The notes beneath the pieces were generated by a model. That model saw nothing but the letters and a program-made list of their open reading frames with translations. It was not told the origin of the DNA and did no database searches. A stretch of DNA of 64,000 nt from the human T2T-CHM13v2.0 reference genome, Homo sapiens: assembly GCF_009914755.1 (NCBI RefSeq), contig NC_060941.1. The stretch is one strand, 5' to 3'. Positions 54,562 through 64,000 of the stretch are shown here, piece after piece (position 1 is the first letter of the stretch; each line of letters opens with the position of its first letter). Position numbers and translations under genes: made by a program.

Positions 54562-54630
54562 CCATCACCATCCAAATGAATTAGCGTGTCGCTCCAGAGA
54601 GGCAAAACTAAGCCCATGGTACAAGTGCTA
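54562..54630 (-). CDS. SSH2: SSH2 nominal exon 6 (69 nt), STCTMGLVLPLWSDTLIHLDGD
   Basis: Acceptor ttgcag|TAG, donor GG|gtaaga; phase 2-2. Confidence 0.95.
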
Positions 54631-54949
54631 CTGCAAGACAAGAAGTAGTCCAATAGTTACTCCCCATTACTCTGGGAAGCAGTCTTCTGTTTACTAACTC
54701 TTTCAACACCAAGGATAAACCCTTAAATTCTAAATTCTGGCATAAGTGTTACAATGAAGAAATTTCTATCATATTATTATTAATCTTATGTATGTCCTCA
54801 GGAGCTGTTTTAAAGAGATAGTCAGTCAGTTCCTTAAATATTTAATGAAGAAAACTTACTGACTCAGCTTCCTACATTGTCATCTTGCAAATGGCCACTA
54901 TCTAAAAAATGCAGATGATTGCTGCTGACTTGCATTTGGCAGGTCTTAG

Positions 54950-55255
<306 letters not shown>

Positions 55256-57128
55256 TGAGCCATGGTGCCCAGTCCCAAGGATTATTTTTAATGCCAATAA
55301 CTATTGCTGGTTGCTGGAGAGCTTGGGATGTGTTATTTGCCTCTAATTCTGAGGTTTACATAGATTTACTTAACACCAGAACACACTCAATAGTCTAAAA
55401 GGCAAAGGGAATTAAAAAATGTAAAGAAGTAATTGTTAATAGTTTGTGATCAAGATAGGCAAAATAGACATAACAAAACTTAAATCAATGAAACACTGCT
55501 TTGTGACTGTGCACTGAACTAGCACTGCTGAAACACAGTTAATAGAAATGTCAACAACCAAGAAAAGGGTAGCCCTAGTATGGTATTTAAAAATACTATT
55601 TCTTTTTTTTTTTTTTTTTTTTTGAGACAGAGTCTCCCTCTGTTGCCCAGGCTGGAGGACAGTGGCATAATCTTGGCTCACTGCAACCTCCACCTCCTGG
55701 ATTCAAGTGATTTTCCTGCCTCAGCCTCCCGAGTAGCTGGGATTATATGCATGTGCCACCATGCCCGGCTAATTTTTGTATTTTTAGCAGAGATGAGTTT
55801 TTGCCATGTTGACTAGGCTGGTCTCAAACTCCTGGCCTCAGAGTGATCCACCCGTCTCAGCCTCCCAAAGTGTTGGGATTACAGGCATGAGCCACTGCAC
55901 CCGGCCTAAAATGCTATTTCAATCTCACATTAGCCCAGGAAGGGCTTTAAGTTAATGGAAGAGGTTCGTACAGAAAGCCATGGACCCCTGATTGTATGCT
56001 CTATCACATCTCTTCTCTGGGAAACAGTAACCTACCCTAGGCTACTGCCACTATCTCTCCTTAACGCTGCTGTAACTGCTTTCCCACTCTGGCTAGTCTC
56101 CGAAAGGCTTCCATGATGCTCCATGCCAATCTATCTAGAGCGGAAGCATGGTGTACTAGAAAGAATCTGGCATAACCATACTGTGGAAAAGCACAGTATG
56201 GTTAAGAGCTCTGGAACCTGGGTTCACAGTATGATTATGGGCTCTGGAACCTGGTTTCTTGCACTAACTGTATAATCTTTTTTTAAAATTTATTTTTATT
56301 TTTTTTTTTATTTTTAAGATGGAGTTTCACTCTTGTTGCCCAGGCTGGAGTGCAATGGTGTGATATCGGCTCACTGCAACCTCCACCTCCTGGTTCAAGC
56401 GATTCTCCTGTCTCAGCCTCCTGAGTAGCTGGGATTACAGGCATGCACTACCACGCCCAGCTAATTTTGTATTTTTAGTAGAGATGGGGTTTCTCCATAT
56501 TGGTCAGGCTGGTCTTGAACTCCCAACCTCAGGTGATCCACCCGCCTTGGCCTCCCAAAGTGCTGGGATTACAGGCGTGAGCCACCGCGCCCAGCAACTG
56601 TATAATCTTAGGCAAATTACTTAACTGTCTTGTGCCTTAATTTCTTCATTTGTAAAACTGGGATAAAAATATCTTCTTCATTGTACTGTTTTGAAGATTA
56701 AATAACAAATAAAAGAGTAAAATAGTGTCTAAGTGCCTAAAATGTAATAGTCATTACCATTTATTGAACATCTACTATGCCAAAAGATCTGGGATTGATT
56801 TCCTTCAGTATTACAACTTTTTTTTAAACAAATTATTTAACCTCTCTCAGCCTTAATTTCTTCATCTTGAACTGTGAATAATAAAACCTATTCTCATAGA
56901 TATAGGTATAAAGACATAACATACTTAAAATAAAACAATATATGTGAATATACTGTCCTGTAAAACAAATGTTGAATATGAATCTGTAATGGGTGCTCTA
57001 ATATATCTGAAAGTGATTGGGGGAAGGGGAAACCATTATGCTTTAAAAACAACATAATGAATACCAAACTTTAACTGTTAGTCACTGCAGGGTTAAAGGA
57101 GGCTAGCCCTTAGTTGGGCTTTCCACTA

Positions 57129-57440
<312 letters not shown>

Positions 57441-57441
57441 T

Positions 57442-57477
<36 letters not shown>

Positions 57478-58015
57478 TGATTCCAGAGCTCAGGAGATTC
57501 AAATCAAGACTGAAACAGCTTATCCACATTAGAACCTGGACCTGAACAACAGAAACACAGCTACCATGCCAGAGTCCAGGAGCAAGACAGCTCTACCACA
57601 AGTTTTGTTGAGTAGATGAGATGAGCGCACAAAAAAATTTGTTTTGAAAACGGCTTCCCAAGATGAAGTGGGGATAGTTTTACAGTAGCTTTTTGTTTTG
57701 TATTTAGTGAGTGCTTAGCCAGGTTCTTAGCAACAAGTATAATTTTGAGTATAAATATGGTGGGTTGGTAGCCCAATGACAAATCTAGAAATTAACTATA
57801 TAAAAAGATACAGAAGCTGCAAAAGAGTGTGATCTATAAGCTTGTGACCAGATTTTGGTTAACCTTTGGACAAGTGACATTGATATACAGGAATCGACAT
57901 TACATTTTTGGCTTGTATTCAGGCCAGAGTGCTTTTTTACATTAAGAAGTAGCTTTTTCAGCAGGGCGTGGTGCCTGTAATCCCAGCACTTTGGGAAGCA
58001 GAGGCGGGCGGATCA

Positions 58016-58333
<318 letters not shown>

Positions 58334-59228
58334 TCAAGATTTTTCTCCATTTAAGTATAACTACTTATTTTAGTAAATATTCAATTCATTCAATAAAAAT
58401 TTATTTAGTGCCTACTATGTACCAGACATTTCAAGGTGTTAGGGGTACAAAAAGAAATGGAAAAAAAAAACCCCAAAAAACCATGAAGCTCTATTATTTT
58501 ATAACTTAAAATATGTTACACTTTAGAAACCAAGATTATGCTGCATATTTAAAAAATTATTAAAATATAACATAATACTCAAAGAACTTGTAAATGGGCT
58601 AAATGAATTGGCTGCAACGTATTATTAAGAACTATTTGTACTTGTCATAATCTGGGTTCCACTTTGGCTTAATACTATTTTGAAGCATTAACATTTACAT
58701 TCTCAGATATGAAATGATACAAATTCAAATTCCTTCAACAACAACTGAGACAGAAATGATTTTAGATTACCTGAGCATCTGAGACTTCTTACTGTCCAAG
58801 GAACTCATTAAAGCAGAGGATGTATGGGAATTTCATAATAGCAAGTTTAGCAAACAGAATGAAAACTAGTTTCTAGCTTTTCATGTTTTAAGTTTGTCTT
58901 CTATAAACTATAATTTCCTTTGGCTAGTGACACTGGTCAGATATGATTCAGACAGGGCCATTGGCAAAAGATAGATGTAATTTACTGAGTATAAACTACT
59001 GGATACCTATATTAATATGCATTCTTTCTGGTAAAGTTTAGGACAAAGTGAAAGAGAAATGATTAGACATGTGCTTGCTCATATTCTGGGTCAGGAGAAT
59101 CTGCAGTTATTGTCTTCTGTCTCTAGGGGAAGATTCAATTGAAGCTTCATGAGGTTCCTGTTCCTGTTTTATAGGGTTTTCAAGGGAGGGGGTCAGGGAG
59201 AACTGAACAAAGGAAATATGAGCTAGAA

Positions 59229-59629
59229 CAGTGCTGTCCAACTGAACTTTCTGCAAGAATGGAAAATGTTCTATACATGTACTGTCTAATACGATAGCCA
59301 CTAGCACATACGGTTACTGAATACTTGAAATGTGACTAGTTAGAACTGAGGAATTGAAATTTCATTTAATTTTAATCTATTTAAAAAGACACGTGCATGC
59401 TGTATGCAGTGGCTCATGCCTATAATCCCAGCACTCAGGAAGGCAGAGGCAGGAGCTCAGGAGTTGAGACCAGCCTGGGCAACACAGAGAGACTGTGTTC
59501 TTCACAAAAAGGAAAAAAGAAAAGAAGAGAAGAGAAAAGGAAGGAAGATGAAAGAAGGAAGGAAGGCAGGCAGGCAAGAAGGAAGGAAGGGGCACATATG
59601 GTTAGTGGCTACTATACTGGACAACACAG
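59229..59629. mobile_element. MER3-like hAT-Charlie element interrupted by an Alu monomer (about 59397-59590, +, with GGAA-rich tail)
   Basis: CAGTGCTGTCCAA...TGGACAACACAG termini; CTAGAA on both flanks. Confidence 0.75.
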
Positions 59630-61264
59630 ATCTAGAAAGATTAAAAACCTAAATTAGAGGTCCTAAAATCCTAATGAATGTAAACAAGGTAGGTGCTGTT
59701 ATAGGAAAATGCTTACTGAAAGCTCTGTTGCTTAATCAGAAGTTAAAACCATGCAGGAGAAATCTTCCTAAATCTGGTTTACAAGCCTGTGTAAATTCAG
59801 AGCCTACAATTAAATGCTGTTAAGTGGTATACAAGCTAATAACTTTGGCTTTGGGAATTCCTGTGAACCCCCAAGTCATTTTCAGGTTGACTTCTATATA
59901 GGAATAAGGTAAACATTGGTTTGGGAAACTTTCTAGTGACAAAGTGATTTTTTCCCCTCAACATCAGGAAAATTAGAATCATTCCCAGGCTCCTCCTCTC
60001 TTTGTGGCTAAATTTCCCTAGGCCTGGGTCACACCCCTAGCTACCCCATAGTTCCATTCTAATCCTGAACCAGGAAGTCAATGCTTTGAGACATCTGGCA
60101 GGATTTCCTGAGGCTAATTATCCACAGCGTAAAGATCTGCTTAGCAGCCACATTCCAAAGTCTTCCGAAGGTTTCTCCAGAAAAAGTGGGAAAAATAAAA
60201 AAGGAAAGCAACAAACCTTAAGGACACACGAAAAGGCCAGGTGTTGTGTGTCATCTTTCATCATAGAATGTAAAGTACAGCTAAAGCCAAAGGTACATAA
60301 AAAGTTCTGCTTTGAGTTTAAGGAGCCATCCCGTACCACCCCATCCCCGCCCCGCCCACCATCCTTTTTAACTCAATAGAAGGAAAAAGGAGGCATAGCA
60401 TTTGGTAAAAGCAAGGTTTAAACAAAACAGACTGTAGTTTAAGTGGGATCTCTTTGTATCTGGGACTACTGGTATACTACCACAAAGGGTAGGTGCCCTA
60501 GAATCACCAAAGTGAATCATTACTGACTACAATAGAGTAGGCCAGGTGCAAGGCTCATGCCTGTAATCCCAGCACTTTGGGAAGCCGAAGTGGGAGGATT
60601 GCTTAAGCCCAAGAATTCAAGACCAGCCTGGCCAACATAAGGAAATCTTCTCTCCAGAAAAATAAGGAAAAAAAAAAAAAAAAGACCAAATAGCTGGGTA
60701 TGGTGGTGCATGCCTGTACTTCTAGCTACTTAGGAGGCTGAGGTGGAAGGATTCCTAGAGCCCAGGAGGAATTTGAGGCCGTAGTGAGCTGTGACTGCAT
60801 CACGGCACTTCAGCCTGGGCAGCAGAGCGAGACGCTGTCTCAAAAAGAGAAATAAAAAGGCAGCTTTTTTTCCATGGAAATGTAACTTTGAAACCACTTG
60901 CTTTATATTGTGACTATCTAAAGATGAGATGAAGGTATGGAATAATGGTAAATTGGAAACACACGACCAAAGACATTCACTAAACATTCTTGTTTCTCAA
61001 GACTGTGGCTAAGATACTTATGTTCTTTAGTTTTATGTCTTGTACTTTAACAGCAGAACTGCACAAGATATTTTTGTGATAAAAGGCAACTGGGGCCAGG
61101 CACGGTGGCTCACGCCTGTAATCTCAGTACTTTGGGAGGCTGAGGTGGGTGGATCACTTGAGGTCAGGAGTTTGAAACTGGCCAATATGGCAAAACCCCA
61201 TCTCTACTAAAAATACAAAAATTAGTTTGGCATAGTGGTGTACACCTGTAATTCCAGCTACTCA

Positions 61265-61375
<111 letters not shown>

Positions 61376-61456
61376 TTAAAAAAAAAAAAAAAAAAAAGCA
61401 ACTGGAACAGGTTACTTAAAAAGCAGTTTTCACATTTTGAAATGGTACCACCATAC

Positions 61457-61578
61457 CTGTCATTAGAGGAGAAATCCATTCCTAGGACGATGCTTTCTTC
61501 AGTGTCTTGTCTACCATTAGTTGAAACCACTACCATATAGCGTGTTCGATTCTGGTAAGTACTTTCCAGTCTTACAGC
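61457..61578 (-). CDS. SSH2: SSH2 nominal exon 5 (122 nt), AVRLESTYQNRTRY...FSSND
   Basis: Acceptor ttccag|GCT, donor CAG|gtatgg; Slingshot N-terminal domain. Confidence 0.95.
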
Positions 61579-62363
61579 CTGGAATTTAGCAGACAACAGA
61601 GAAATTATGAAATTTAGGACATTAATTTCAGATCATTTCAACCCTTTTTCATCAGCATCTTAAAGCATACTCACGAAGGCAGCAGAGCCAGTAGTTAGGA
61701 GACATAAATTAAAATCTCAGCTCGTACACTAGCTATAAAAACTTTGGTAAGTTACTAAATTAATTGGAGGGAGATATAATAATACCTAACTGTCAGGTTG
61801 TTTTAAGAATCTTATAAAATAATACAGTAAAGCACAGTGCTTGGCACACAGTAAATGCTCAATAAGATGTTTGTTATTAGTGCAATTTATACTAATTACC
61901 ACAGTGTGTAATAAAGACTGAAGAGGGAAATGTGAGGTATATGAATGTGAGCATTGGTCTCAGAGATGCAATTCCCACAAACAATTATAATATGGAGCAA
62001 ACTATTAGCATCATCTAAGGGGAGTACTGACTTTGCTATACTGAATTCCTGCATGTTAATGCACTATAAGATTTTCTTCAGTTTCGATGATAATGAAAGG
62101 AGATTGCATTTTTAGAAACTTCTCATTTTTTGTCAAAAGTTTTAATTTATTCTTAATTAAATTTTAAAAGGACCCTCAGAAAATCTGAATATGGACAGGG
62201 TCTTAGATGAAATTAAGGATTTACTGTTAATGTAACAACAGCATTGTGGTTACTGTGACTTTTTCTTAAGTACCTGGAGTGAAATGACATGGTTTCTGAG
62301 TTTTACTTTAAAATGTTCCAACAAAAAAATTTAACAGGGAGTGGGGACAGATGAAAGAAATCA

Positions 62364-62573
<210 letters not shown>

Positions 62574-62761
62574 TTAGGAGGCTGAGGCAGGAGGATCACT
62601 GGAACCCAGGAGGCGGAGGTTGCAGTGAGCTGAGATCACCCCACTGCCCTCCAGCCTGGGTGACAGAGTGAGACTCTGGTTCAAAAAAAAAAAAAGCTCA
62701 GTAATGAGTTTGTGAGGATGTACTTTCTTTCTTTCTTTTCTTTTTCTTTTTTTTTTTTTGA

Positions 62762-62923
<162 letters not shown>

Positions 62924-63250
62924 TAGAGACGGGGTTTCTCCATGTTGGTCAGGCTGGTCTCAAACTCCCAAGCTCAGGTGGTCTGCCCACCTCGGCCTCA
63001 CAAGATGCTGGGGTTTACAGGCGTGAGCCACCGCGCCCAGCCTTGATAAGTTCAAAAAGGTATCTTATAAGCCTTAAAAATAAAACAACTACAGGCAACA
63101 CATTCAAATATTTATTACACATATATTATATATACAATAACAATGCCAAGTGCTGAGGATTCAGTGGTAGAAGAGAGAGACATGATCTATGCCCTCATCG
63201 AGTTATATAGTCTAGGCTACTCTTCTTTCATTTGTTAATAATAGTTTTAA

Positions 63251-63743
<493 letters not shown>

Positions 63744-64000
63744 TAGAGACAGGGTTTCACCATGTTGGCCAGATGGCCAGGCTGGTCTCGAACTCCTGCC
63801 TCAGGTGATCCACCCACCTCAGCCTCCCAAAGTGGTGGGATTACAGGCGTGAGCCACCCACCTGGCAAAATGACAGATCTTTGAAGCCAGAAAAATGTGC
63901 TCTGGAGGCAAATTCTTCTGTATAAAATAACCCCTATTCCTTAGAGAAACAGAATTCTAATCCATCAACTGGCTCATTATATTTGTCAGAAATTTCTATT

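Overview
Primate (very likely human) genomic DNA containing the 3' portion of SSH2 (Slingshot-2 cofilin phosphatase) on the minus strand. I reconstructed 11 coding exons, all with GT-AG boundaries and consistent phases. They total 3996 nt (1331 aa plus stop) and cover the end of the N-terminal regulatory domain, the DEK_C-like domain, the dual-specificity phosphatase domain (HCKMGVSRS) and a long low-complexity C-terminal tail. About 92 N-terminal residues lie beyond the right edge if the canonical protein is 1423 aa as I recall; exon numbers are nominal. A ~4.9 kb Alu-free 3'UTR ends near 2840. The left edge is a CpG-rich promoter margin, probably of CORO6 (from memory of the locus). Introns hold ~60 Alus, old L1/MIR fragments, hAT-Charlie DNA transposons (MER1B, MER30, MER3) and a truncated U6 retropseudogene. 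Nearly all short ORFs in the track are Alu or antisense artefacts. I see no wholly new gene system. The best leads are: Lifeact-like putative F-actin-binding motifs repeated in the SSH2 tail; frame-symmetric exons, including the catalytic one, bracketed by inverted Alus (circRNA or phosphatase-dead isoforms); a duplicated in-frame 5' splice site; a perfect 32-bp repeat straddling a candidate alternative poly(A) site in the 3'UTR; and a C-terminus with overlapping NPF/NPxY/YxxM motifs.
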